A DNA stretch of 64,000 bases from an uncultured Clostridia bacterium (GTDB taxonomy: Bacteria > Bacillota > Clostridia > Christensenellales > UBA1242), in contig CALWRJ010000023.1 of the NCBI GenBank assembly GCA_944383915.1, positions 74,274-138,273 on the forward strand. Direction: 5' to 3'. Every line of letters starts with the position of its first letter. The stretch's first letter is position 1. A program made the position numbers and the translations under genes. The notes under the pieces were generated by a model that saw only the letters and a program-made list of their open reading frames with translations, was not told the DNA's origin and made no database searches. Shown here in pieces: positions 50,483 through 61,900 of this stretch.

Positions 50483-50910
50483 AATTAGAAATTAGGAATT
50501 AGGAATTAGGAATTAGGAATTGCGGAGTTATTTACTTAATATGTATATCTATTATAGAAAATTTAGCCTTAATTCAAAATTCAAAATTCAAAATTACACA
50601 AAGTGAGTTGCATAGTACTGTAATTTTATCATTTTTACGCATAATTTATATGCATAATACTGTTGCATAGTACCATTGCATAGTATATTATATATTAAGA
50701 TATTTGCCTAAAATGGATTTTGTACCTAGCCGGAAAAATTAAGTAAAACGAATAAAAGAAAAAGGATAAAATATTAATTTCATCCTTAACTGCTAATTGC
50801 CTTTGCGCTTCACCTTTGGCTTTACTTATTTTTAATGCTTGCGCGCTAGCGCACGATAACTGCTAATTGCTAATTCCTAATTGCTAATTATTTTGAACTT
50901 TGTTCAAAAT
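50483..50910. repeat. mosaic intergenic repeat block R11 (also contains GCATAGTAC boxes)
   Basis: AATTAGG x5, the core, AATTCAA x3, three GCATAGTA(C/T) boxes, GCTAATT arrays, and a terminal ATTTTGAAC-TTT-GTTCAAAAT palindrome. Confidence 0.9.
50606..50660 (+). repeat. ~55-nt direct repeat, copy 2 (upstream flank of glyQS)
   Basis: AGTTGCATAGTACTG...TTTTTACGCATAATTTATATGCATAATACT. Confidence 0.85.
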
Positions 50911-50911
50911 T

Positions 50912-51676
50912 TTATGCTCTATTTTTACTATTAGTGATTTGGCGAACATTGTCCTCTACTCGTTTATATTCATCCAAACCGCTTTTATACTTTGATTTTT
51001 GCGCTGTATAATCGGTGTCTATTCTTTTCATACGGTCGTTGAAGGCTGATTCATAACCTTCTACTTCTTTCTCCATACCTTCAACTTTGTCTTTATTCAT
51101 GATTATCTTGTACTCAATTCCATCGATTTTTATATCGCGCTCAACAATACTCTTTTGCTTTTCATATTTTATTTTTTGTTTACTAAAAGAAACAATATCT
51201 GCTTTTACCTCGTCATAAGCCTTTTTTAAAGACTGCATATCGGCTTTATATGGAGAAATCGAACTTTCCATATCTTTTTTAAAAGCGAGTAAGTCGTCAG
51301 CATGGCTTTTAAAACTGCTTTGCAATTCGCCCTCAACCTTATCGTGAATACCATCAAAAGCCAAAATTTGAGTTTCGAGTTTGTCTTGCTTGTGCATAAT
51401 TATAGCGCCTAATTTAATAAGTTCTGCAATCATACCATCAAGTTTTTCGGACTCACTTAAAAAAAGTGCGCGTAGTCTATCGTCATCGCTTAATTTAAAA
51501 TCTTGTTTTTTGCTTTTCTTAATTTGCTCAATATCTAACTTTATATAAACGACATTGTCTGCATCGCCTACTTTATTTTTCATTTCATCAATAACCGCGT
51601 CCGCGCGCATTAAGTCCTCACCACTTAAATTTTCGCTTAAATCACAATTTTTAAATTTATATTTTTTAATTGCCAT
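50912..51676 (-). CDS. hypothetical coiled-coil protein (254 aa)
   Basis: AAGGGGA RBS. K/E/D-rich heptad-like sequence throughout. I recognise no family. Confidence 0.6.
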   Translation of the reverse strand: MAIKKYKFKNCDLSENLSGEDLMRADAVIDEMKNKVGDADNVVYIKLDIEQIKKSKKQDFKLSDDDRLRALFLSESEKLDGMIAELIKLGAIIMHKQDKLETQILAFDGIHDKVEGELQSSFKSHADDLLAFKKDMESSISPYKADMQSLKKAYDEVKADIVSFSKQKIKYEKQKSIVERDIKIDGIEYKIIMNKDKVEGMEKEVEGYESAFNDRMKRIDTDYTAQKSKYKSGLDEYKRVEDNVRQITNSKNRA

Positions 51677-51727
51677 TACTTTCCCCTTTTTTATAATATT
51701 TTATACAATAAATCAGCAAAACAAATA

Positions 51728-52381
51728 TTATCTTGTGCTTTGGTTTTCAAAAAATACTTTTATTGCTGTGCTTGTTTCTTCTGCTTGAGTTAAATCTTTA
51801 TTTTTATAAGCAATTCGTGCAATTTTTTTCATTTCTTGATTTTGTGTTTTGTCACTATTGCTAATTTTTAAATCTGCTTTTTCCATATTATTTAATGCAT
51901 CAAATGCAAGTTGAGTTTTTAATTTGTTTGCGTACTCACCACCGAATTCTGCAAGCATATGTGCACGCCATTTCGTCTGCAATTCGTGCTCAAATTTTGT
52001 TTCGTGATAGAAAGGCACGCCAGGGCTAGTAATTTCGCATACATTACTAATGCTGTAATCGTTTATTTGCCATGTGTGATACCTGCCATCACTATTTTTG
52101 AAAGTAACATCAAGTGCATCAGGAATATTTACCCACTTGTTATTTACATTACGCCATCTTTGAACAACCATATCAAACTTTGGTTTAACGCTCATAATTT
52201 CACTGTATTTGTAGCCATTTTCTTTAAAAAATTGAACTAAATCGAGCAAATCAACCTTTGAAAAGAGCAATTCGATACTATCAGGCAAATCACCCGTGCG
52301 TTTATTACGCAAATTAGATTCATCGCTAAAACTTTGCCCCTCGCGGAACATATACTCAATACTACCAATTTTACTTGTCAT
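51728..52381 (-). CDS. hypothetical protein (217 aa)
   Basis: The ATG at 52379-52381 lies 6 nt after GAGGTG, so the ORF-track GTG at 52390 is less likely. I recognise no family. It sits 51 nt upstream of the coiled-coil ORF. Confidence 0.6.
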   Translation of the reverse strand: MTSKIGSIEYMFREGQSFSDESNLRNKRTGDLPDSIELLFSKVDLLDLVQFFKENGYKYSEIMSVKPKFDMVVQRWRNVNNKWVNIPDALDVTFKNSDGRYHTWQINDYSISNVCEITSPGVPFYHETKFEHELQTKWRAHMLAEFGGEYANKLKTQLAFDALNNMEKADLKISNSDKTQNQEMKKIARIAYKNKDLTQAEETSTAIKVFFENQSTR

Positions 52382-52763
52382 AAAATTCACCTCTAAATAG
52401 TTTTAATCGTATTATACCACAAAATAAAAATAATTCAAGGGGTAATTTCGATTTTGCAAAAACTATAATCTAGGAATTAAAGCCTATTTCCTCTATTTTT
52501 CTATTTACATATATTTTTAATTTAAATTAAATCGATTATTATTATTCTTTAAATTTTAAAAACAAATATTTACCTTGTCTTAAAAATTGAGAGTATTTTT
52601 ATTGATGTTGATTTTAATTATTAAATACTATTAAATCTTGATTTTTTACTTGTTAAATACCAATATAAGTATTGAATTTTGTAAAATATAAAAAAACTTT
52701 AAAGACGATTTTTTGCTACCACCGTAAAAAAATGCTGTAAAACTGCAAATTTTAAGCATTAAC

Positions 52764-52805
52764 AACAAAAAAACAAGCAGTTGGTGGTTTTAAAACTGCT
52801 TGTTT
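52764..52805 (-). terminator. intrinsic terminator ~180 nt after the GLUG giant ORF
   Basis: AAACAAGCAGTT ... AACTGCTTGTTT 12-bp stem at 52771-52805, then a T-rich run on the minus strand. Confidence 0.7.
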
Positions 52806-52986
52806 TTAATTTACTCTTTAAAAAGCATAAAAACAATTTTGCCTATCGTATATTTTTATGTGATTTTTGCTTTTAAAATTATTTTATAGGCTGTTTTTTA
52901 GTAAGATTGTAGCGTATTTAACACATAATGGCTAGCGAAAAGACATCTCGTGGTTTTACTACATAATTTTCTAAACTGAATAAAAT

Positions 52987-55900
52987 CTATGGAGTTTCAG
53001 TGTCACCACCTTCAGTTTCACCGCCTTCAACTTCGCCCTCTCCTTCCTCATCAATATTTACGCCATTAACGATAATTGTACCATTGTTAGTAATCGCATA
53101 ATTTGCTAGAGTTAGGCTTTCGTCTGTCACGATATTAAGTGTGCCGTTGTTTATATCTACGAGTGCGGTTAAATTGCTTGCAGTAACATTTGCAATAGTT
53201 ACATTAACGGTTGCGTCAGCGTAAATGTTAGATGCGATTCCATACACAACTACGCTAGGTGCAGTAAATATTTCTACGCTGTCTAATACTGTATTAATCG
53301 TGCGTGCAGAGTCAAAGTTTTGTACAAATAGCGAAGTATCAGTATCTACATAAACGAAACTATTTGTAATTGATAATGTGCTCAAATCGTCAAATTTCTG
53401 TCCTGTTGGACCAAATACGCTTCCGTTTAGTACCCAAACACCAGCATTTGATATAGTTGTGATGTGGTTGTTTGTTGACGAACTTGTAAAGTCGCCAGTC
53501 GAGGTATTTCGAACAATTAGACCGTTTGAAACAGTAGTAAAGTTTAGGGTAAAGTTGTTTAGCGTTTCAAGTGCCATATTATTTAAGTCCAGCGTTCCGC
53601 TATTAATTGTAACAGAGTAAGTGCCACCATTTGTATTTGCGTATTCGACAAGTCTAGACAACTCGTCAACGGTATTTATGATATACTCATCGCTTATCAT
53701 TGATACCGAAACGCCGAATTTCGCATTTTCGCCGACTGTGTCTACAAATTCGCGAAGTTCAAACACGCGTGCACCGTCTACCATTCTACCGGTGTGAACC
53801 CAGATGTCGCCATCAAGATTAACCATATTATTTGGAAGTGCGGTAAAGCAGTTTGTAGCAGTGCTTCCAAATGTTGCGCCGTTTGAAAGGCTGTTGGAAA
53901 TATTTCCTTCGCTAACGACAGCACCGCTTGCGCTGTTTGTGTAGATAATACTTGCCGAACCGCTCACATTGTCCGCTAAAATTACGCTTGCAGTCGCATC
54001 ATTTAATGCAAGGTTACTTACTTCACCAGATAAAGTACCTATCAAAGTTTCCGAGATATTGCCAATCGAATATCCTCTACCATTAAGGTGTCCAGCGAAG
54101 TTTGATTTTGTAAAGTTTCGAGTAAGCAAGTTAAAGTCGATGTCATTTTCTAGCATATAGTACGAAGTACGACCGTTTGAAAGTGCCCAGTTTAATAATC
54201 CAGCAGAATTTATCAAGTATGGCGAACTAATACTACCGCTTCCTGTGTCTTTTAGTACTGTATTACTTTCTAGCCACCTTAAATATGGAAGTCCATAGTT
54301 TACTGAATCATTCGAAATAAACGCTGTGCCAAGACTCAAAACTCCGCTTTCGCGTTCACTTGCAACACTAAATGGCGTAAAGTAAGTGTTTTGCGTTGTC
54401 GTCATTGTATTGTCGTAGTAAACTCCGTCAACATTAGTTGCCCCACCATTACGGTTTGCGACCACGCTATCAAGAATTGCCGAGCCATTATCTATCAACG
54501 ATACCGCAGTGTAGCAGTTTTCGTTGTAGAAGCCTAGGCTTGCGCCACTTTCATTTGTAACTCTACCTACAAAACCCGAAATATAAGTATTTTGTGCTCT
54601 GCTATAATTCGTAATCGTGCCTGTCGCAAAAGAATCGATAAAAGTTAGACGCGTGTCAGTATTGCTTGACCAACCAACTAGTGCGCCGAGATTTACGCTA
54701 CCGCCTGTGTCTAAAATGTTTCCGTCTAAATCAACGCCACCGTACCAATTAATATCAAGCCCGCTACCGCTACCGATAATTTGCCCTTTATTAATTCCCG
54801 CAATCGCGCCGACATTTGCCGTGCCACTTTCAAGCCCGAGTGTAAGACTTCCTGAAACGTAGACTGCGAACACTTTCGCATTCTCGTCTATCTCGCCAGC
54901 AAGTCCGCCAAAGTTTACGCCATCGCCAATTTTTGTCGATACATTTAACCTAATAACCGCCCCCGAGAAAATCGAACCTCTGCCGTTTACTTCGGCCAGT
55001 GTATCAAAAATGCCGTAATTTTTGTTAGTCGTTGCAGTAAAGTTGTCGTATTCGAGAGTGTCTAGACTTATAGCAGTTAAAGAATTTCCGCCAGCGTTGT
55101 ACCAACCGTATAATGTGCGGTTAAGTTCTAGGCTAACTCCTGTAATGTTAGCAACTTGCAAGTAGTATAGATAATTTCGCCCTGTCGTGTCAAGAAGTGT
55201 TGCAAAGTTGCTATAATTACTAATAATAATTGGAGTGCGCTTTGTGTCACCGTTTACGGTATCATAGTTATAAAGTGTAGTGTAACGCGTATTTGCATCT
55301 GTAAAGTTTGACCAAGAATTTGTATTTAGTCGCGCGTATGCGTAAGTGCTACCTTGTGGACGAGTAAGAGTTGATGCTGAATAGTTTATAACGCTCGCAC
55401 TCGTTGCGCCTACATTGTTTGTATCGCGAGCGGTAAGCCCTAGATTTGTATCACAAACGACACTTGCATACCCGAGTCCGCCACTAAATACGCTCAAATC
55501 AATATTTTCAAAGCGCGTGTTGTTGAAAATTGAAGCAATAGAGTAACCAACTTGGAATGCTCCGCCAGCATTAGAGCCAGCAATTCCGCCGAGCGCGTGC
55601 GATGTCGTACTCAAACTTGTATCGTACTCACCGTTTAAGGTTATGTCACCACTGCTAATAAATGTCGTAACTTGTCCACCACTAATATTTCCTACAACAC
55701 CGCCGACAAATAGCCTATTTGAACCGATGTTGACAAGATTTAGCGTTAGATTACTTGCACTATCGATTTGGTCGAGCATATTTTCATTACTTAGTCCAAC
55801 GAAACCGCCCGCATAAGTGCTAGATTGAATATTATTTAGAGTTATATCCATATGGCTTACAGCACTAGTTATATTAACACTCGTTGCACTTCCAACAAAG

Positions 55901-58900
55901 CCACCGACATAGTGCGTAATATTTAGTCCAGTAACATCATAAGTTGCCGAAATACTTCCTTCTGCCATAATGTTTGTAAATGTCGTATTTTCGCCAGTTG
56001 CTTGACCAATCGCACCACCTACATTTGCCGAAGTTTCGCGCGCGGTGTAAGAATTATCTTGCGCATCTATATCGATAATTACATAACAATCAGTTGCGCT
56101 TGCTGTGTTATCTCCGTCTGAATAGAAGCGTCCAAATAGTCCACCAACATTGTTTGCAGTCGTACTAATACCGTGGTACGCGCCTACAACTGTACTATCG
56201 TTTGTAATGTTTACGCTAGATACTGTCGTGTTGCGCGCTACCCCTATTAGTCCGCCGACATACGCGGTTAGATTGTCGCTTAAATTTGTCGAAATATAGA
56301 GGTTTACAATTTTTACATTTCTAATTGTAGCACCGTCAGTCGCGCCAAAAATACCAGCATTCATTGCCCCAGTTTGTACTATTGGAACATTTTTTAATGT
56401 GTGTCCGTTTCCGTTGAAACTACCCGTAAACGGCGCACTTTCAGAGCCTACTGGCACAACAGCAACTTGTTCTGCTAAAAAGTCGATATCTTGCATCAAA
56501 ATGTAGTTTTTGTCAGGGTGCCAGTACATAATGTTGTAGTCGTCAACAGTGTTTATATTTATAGTATCTGGCACATCTTGGATATCAATTGATGGCATAC
56601 CATTTTCATTTGAGATGCTAAAACTATCCCAACCGTCAAAAATCTCATCAAAGTTGTTTAGCATATATCCGCGAGTGTACCCTGTTGCACAATTAATATC
56701 TGCCTCGTCATTACCAACTGCGCGCAAGTTTATCACATTCTCGCCCGTCTGCTCATCTACAACAGTATTTAGTACTACGCGGTTGTAAATTTGATTTACA
56801 TAGAAGTTTATACTATTGATTAAATTGCCATAAGGTTCATCAGGGTCACCCGTACTTGTCGTGTGAGTTGTATATATTAGGCTAGGGTCTACACAGTAAC
56901 CAACCAACCCACCTTGCGCTCCAATGCGCGCCTGCGTGTCCGTTTGACTTAATTCGTAATAGTAATTGTAATCACTTGCAAGGTAGTTGTTTAGCGCAAC
57001 GCAGTAATCAAGCGTTGTTTGCGCTGATACATTTGTATCAAACGGATTGTCGATACTTGTTAGGTTTCCACCGTTGCTGAAATCGTCAATGTAGCCGACA
57101 ATTCCACCTAGGTTTGCAGTCCTGCTTCCAAGCAATCCACCTGTCGCAAATACCGCTCTAATATCTCCACCATAGGCAACACCGACAATTCCGCCGACAT
57201 TTGCACCATTAGAATTGCGCACGCGCACTTTGCTACTACTATAATATATTGCACCGCTTGACCAACCGTTGCTTGTGTAACCAATATTGATACCTACCAA
57301 GCCACCTGTACCGATTGTGCTTTGTCCGTTATCAAAGAGTGTGTTGTTTACTGTGATATTGTCTCCGTCAAGGTCAACAGTCGTATCTTCACCAGTGTTT
57401 GCGCTGTCAACAGCGTTTTGCACATCGTCAGTGTATACAACATTACTATATCTAATTACACCGTTATTCTGTCCAACAAGTCCGCCAGCGAATTGATAAC
57501 CGCGAATACTTGACATAGTGTCAACCGTTTTTTCAGCATAGTTTAGTACCGTGTGCACACCTAATGCACCTACAATACCACCAGCAATTTTTCCAACAAT
57601 ACTCGTTTGTCCTGTCGAATAAATGTATTGAAGCATTGCTTCGTTTATATTTGTAGTCGTGTTTACGCTATCAAATTGAGTAAGGTCTGCAATTCCAAAT
57701 ACTCCGCCAGCCATTCCAAGTACGCCAATGTTATTGTACGCGTTGTCACTTCCGCTCGCGCGTCTTAAATCGTAATTGTAGAGTGCTTCGGTATTTGCGC
57801 GGTAGTTTGCAGTAACACCGATGTTAGCCGTAATATTGCTTGCTCGCGATGTTCCTGTAATAAGTCCAACCGCGCCACCAACTGCATTATATCCAATAAC
57901 TCGGCTGTTTTGTCCAGAGATATTGATGTTATAAATATTTCCGCCGTCAACGATACCAGCGAGTGCGCCGACATAGTCAACTTGCGAACACGATACCGCG
58001 GTAACCGAAATATTTAAGTTTTTAACAGTACCAGTATGTAAAATTCCGTCTGTTGTAGTCTCACTTCGAATTAGCCCGAATAGTCCATATCTTGAAACGC
58101 TCTCGTCGTTTACTGCGAGATTGAGATTTTCAAAAGTGAAGGAGTTGCCTTCAAAAATTCCTGCGTACTCAATTGTCGGGCTATTTAAACTCGTAGTAGC
58201 CGAAATTTCGCTTTGGTCAATGTCGCGAGCAAGTCGAATGTCGTCAACGATTACAATATCTGTCGTACTAAACGCGTTATTAAACTGCGTTGCGTTCGTT
58301 ATAGTCACAGGGTCGTATGAATAATCAGTACCAAAGGCTGTATTTGTAGTTTTAGTAAAGTACGGAACAAATTGTTGCGTGTATACATATTGTATAACTC
58401 CCGTGTCAGGGTCAACGCTTGTATTTGCTTCGTCAAGATTTAATCTCGGAGTCGCAATCAAACTTGCGCTTACTAATTTTGGTCCTAAATTCATTTGATT
58501 GCGCTCATTTAAGTATGTCGTAAAGCGGTCAGGAGTAAAGTAATCATTATCTACATCAACTAGTGTCCAAACTCCCGTAAACTCGCTTCCTTCACGCGAG
58601 AAAGTAAAGCCTTCAAAGACGGTGCTTCCGCTATTTCCTAACATTTGGTCTAAAGTTAATTCAGTGGCGTCCTCAAGCCTTAACGCGTTAGAACTAAAAC
58701 CAGTGTTAAGGAAGTAACAATTAACAATTCCGTTAGGGTTAAGGTTGTTGTTTTCAGTCGCTTGCGTGCTATCTACCCCAATAAATGGCATACTAAGGCT
58801 AGTTACCCCCGAATCGCTAGCATCCGTCAAGATTGAAACAGAGTAACAACGAGTAATTGTCGCAGAATTTGAGTTTGAGAAGGCAAAACCGCTCGCCTCA

Positions 58901-61900
58901 ATCGCCCAAATTTGCGCTGCCGAATAACTATCACTAATTGAGCCATAGTTGTTGTACACAAAGCCCGCAGTCCTAACACCTGATAGTATAAGCGCATCGC
59001 GAGTACCACTCAACGAATCTACGCTTGTATTTTCGCCTGTTTCATCATTGTATTCAGTGTATGCACCACCGACAAATGAGCCGAAAATTGTCGCGCCGTT
59101 GTTATTTTCTACTACAAGTCCCGCAGTCGCAACATTTGTACCTGTCGAACTTGCAGTATTTGTAATCGTTCCGCCTGTATAATACGATGAAGCAATCGTT
59201 CCAGAATTTGCAGAAACTAACCCAGACACACGCCCAAAACCTGTAATATTTGTGTAAAGCACTCGGCTGTTTGATATCGCACCGCTTGCGTTATTAGTAC
59301 CGACAAGCCCACCGATATAGAAGTTTGCCGAAGTGTCGCTCGGTTGTGGAATTGTAATTCCGCGTGGAGAATTATTCATCCAACCATTTACTACACAGTT
59401 ATAAATCGTTCCTTCATTTACACCAGCAATCGCACCAAAGTTTAAGGAAGTGCTACTAGAAATACTACTAGGAAGTGTAAGTCCATTTGAATTTAGCGCA
59501 ATGGTAACATTTTTAATTACCATATTCTCGGTAACTGTATCGAATAGTCCGTAGTTAGACGAGTTAGAATTAATGCTATTTGGCAAGTAAATTGTATATC
59601 CGTTACCGTTTAGGCTTGCAATTTCGGTAGTTAACGCAGTCCAGTTTGAAGTGATATAGATATCATTTAGCAAAATGTAGTCAATTCCAGACTCCATATT
59701 CATAAGGTCGCGCTCGGTATAAATCGGTTGAGCGTGCTCTTGGCTCGTCATTTGGTAAAATTCGAGTGTCAACTCGCCTGTCGAATATCCGCGTGACGAG
59801 TTTTCAACATTTTCACCATAAATTAGGGTAAAGTGTCCGTTTTCGTAGTCAAAGTAAAGGTCATATCTAATTCGTGACGAACTTGAAACTCCCGCCCCCT
59901 CGACTTGATAGCCTAAATATCCACTGTCGCCATAATCGTTATAGAATTTGTAATTTGAGTCAAGCCAAGTCGTATATTCATCTGTCATAGGTTCAAGAAT
60001 TGTCCAGTAATAATTTCCGTCTTGGTCAGGCACAAAGCCCCACCATCCAAAATATCTTTGCTCGCCAATACCATTTAACCTATTAATTAAGTCCATAACT
60101 TGTTGACGAACTGTACTGTCATTAGGGTTAAATGTTATTGCGGTAATTGTGTCAAGATTTTCAAGAGTTGCGCCTTCAAAGATGCGCAAATCATATTTTG
60201 CATCGCGAATATACGGATAGCGTAAAGTTGTATTTTGCGAATTTCCGTTTACTAGCCCATCACTTATGCTTGAAATGTAAAAGTCAACAACCAAAAAGTC
60301 AAGAGTGCGAGTAATGGTATTTATTAGCCCAGACATATTTTGTCTACCTGTTAGAGTAACTGTAATAGTCGAACCAACAGGCGCAGTCCCAGTGTATAGG
60401 TAATACCTACCATTTTCGCTAGTTATTAAAACATTGTAAGTGTCCGTTAAGTCAGTGCCATCACTATCAAAAATTGATGCCGAAATCGAATAATCGATAA
60501 ACGAACTTCCTACTACGACATTAATTTCATTTCTATTCTGCTCAAGCGTGTTGCTTCCTATTGTATACCCTGTCCCCGCAGCAACATATGCGGTATTAAT
60601 ATTAGAATTGTAATTATCGTAACTTAAAGACAAAGTATCTTGCGCAACAACTGTCATAGTAAGGTCTTGCGTATAGGTGTTTTCACCTTGATAAATTCTA
60701 ACTGTTACAGTAAATTGCGAGCCAACGGTAGCAACCGCCGAAATTAGAGTGCGGACATAATAGTTTCCGTCAAAAGAACCATCAATGTTACTTACTCTAT
60801 ATAGAGTTACACCGCCATCGATATTTTCAACTCCCGTTTGCCAACTATAATAAGTCGCGATGTCGTTTTCGTAACGCAAAATGCGTTGGTCAAACATAAT
60901 TTCCTCGGGGTTCGTGCTTGCGTTTACAACTTCGACTCTGTCATAATTAGCAAAATCAGGAGATATGCGAATGTTAAGAAGTCCGTACTGCCCTGCAATT
61001 AGAGTATTTGTCGGTAACTGCCCTGCTTGTTGTAGCCTTGAACCACTATTTACCGCGTCACTATAATGTGCCATATCAATGTGATTAATTTTTTGTGGTA
61101 TGAAAGTAAAGTATAGAGGAGCTGTCATCGTGTAGTTAAAGTCACCATTTGTGTCGGTTACACCTATCGGGTCGCCATTCTCATCAAGTGCCCAGAAGGT
61201 AATTGTATAACTTTGCGCAGTGTTTAGGTCATTTCTAGCCATATTGCTTAAACTTACACTAAACGGAATAATTAGCGTTTGGTTTGTCAAACTGTACTCA
61301 ACCGCACCAAATTGAATGTACATATCATTAGTTTCAATACCGTCTTCGGTATTAATTAAGTCACTATCCGCACCTTCAAGGCGCACCGAATACCCTATGT
61401 GGTCAAGCACGCTGTCGCCGTCTTTATAGTTATCCGTAAACACGGTTACGCTACTAACGAGCGAGTCCCCAGCATAAACTTGCGTGCTATCCGCAATACC
61501 AATTGCTATTCCAGTCGCGCCCTTATATATAACGGTGTCATAAACAAGCGAAGTGTGTGGGTCGAAAATGTCGATTCGGTATTCAGCACTTGATACTGCC
61601 GACAAGTTTTCGTCAAGTGTATAGAAAGTTGCCCTTAAAAATGGAGTTACGGTTACTTCAATACTTGGAGAATACGAGTTTGCTACAAATGTGATGCTTG
61701 AATATTCTGCATCAAGGTAGTAATAATAGTCCAAATCACCCTGTGTCCACTCATCAAAGCCGAGAGAAATTATATCAGGGTCTTGCACGCTAAAGCGAAG
61801 TCCACCGTCTACCGCACTTGCGCTAACTGCTTCGTTATTGTCGATATACTCGACAAATGCTTGCGTATTTCCGCCATTTTTAATACGAATTGTATTGTTA

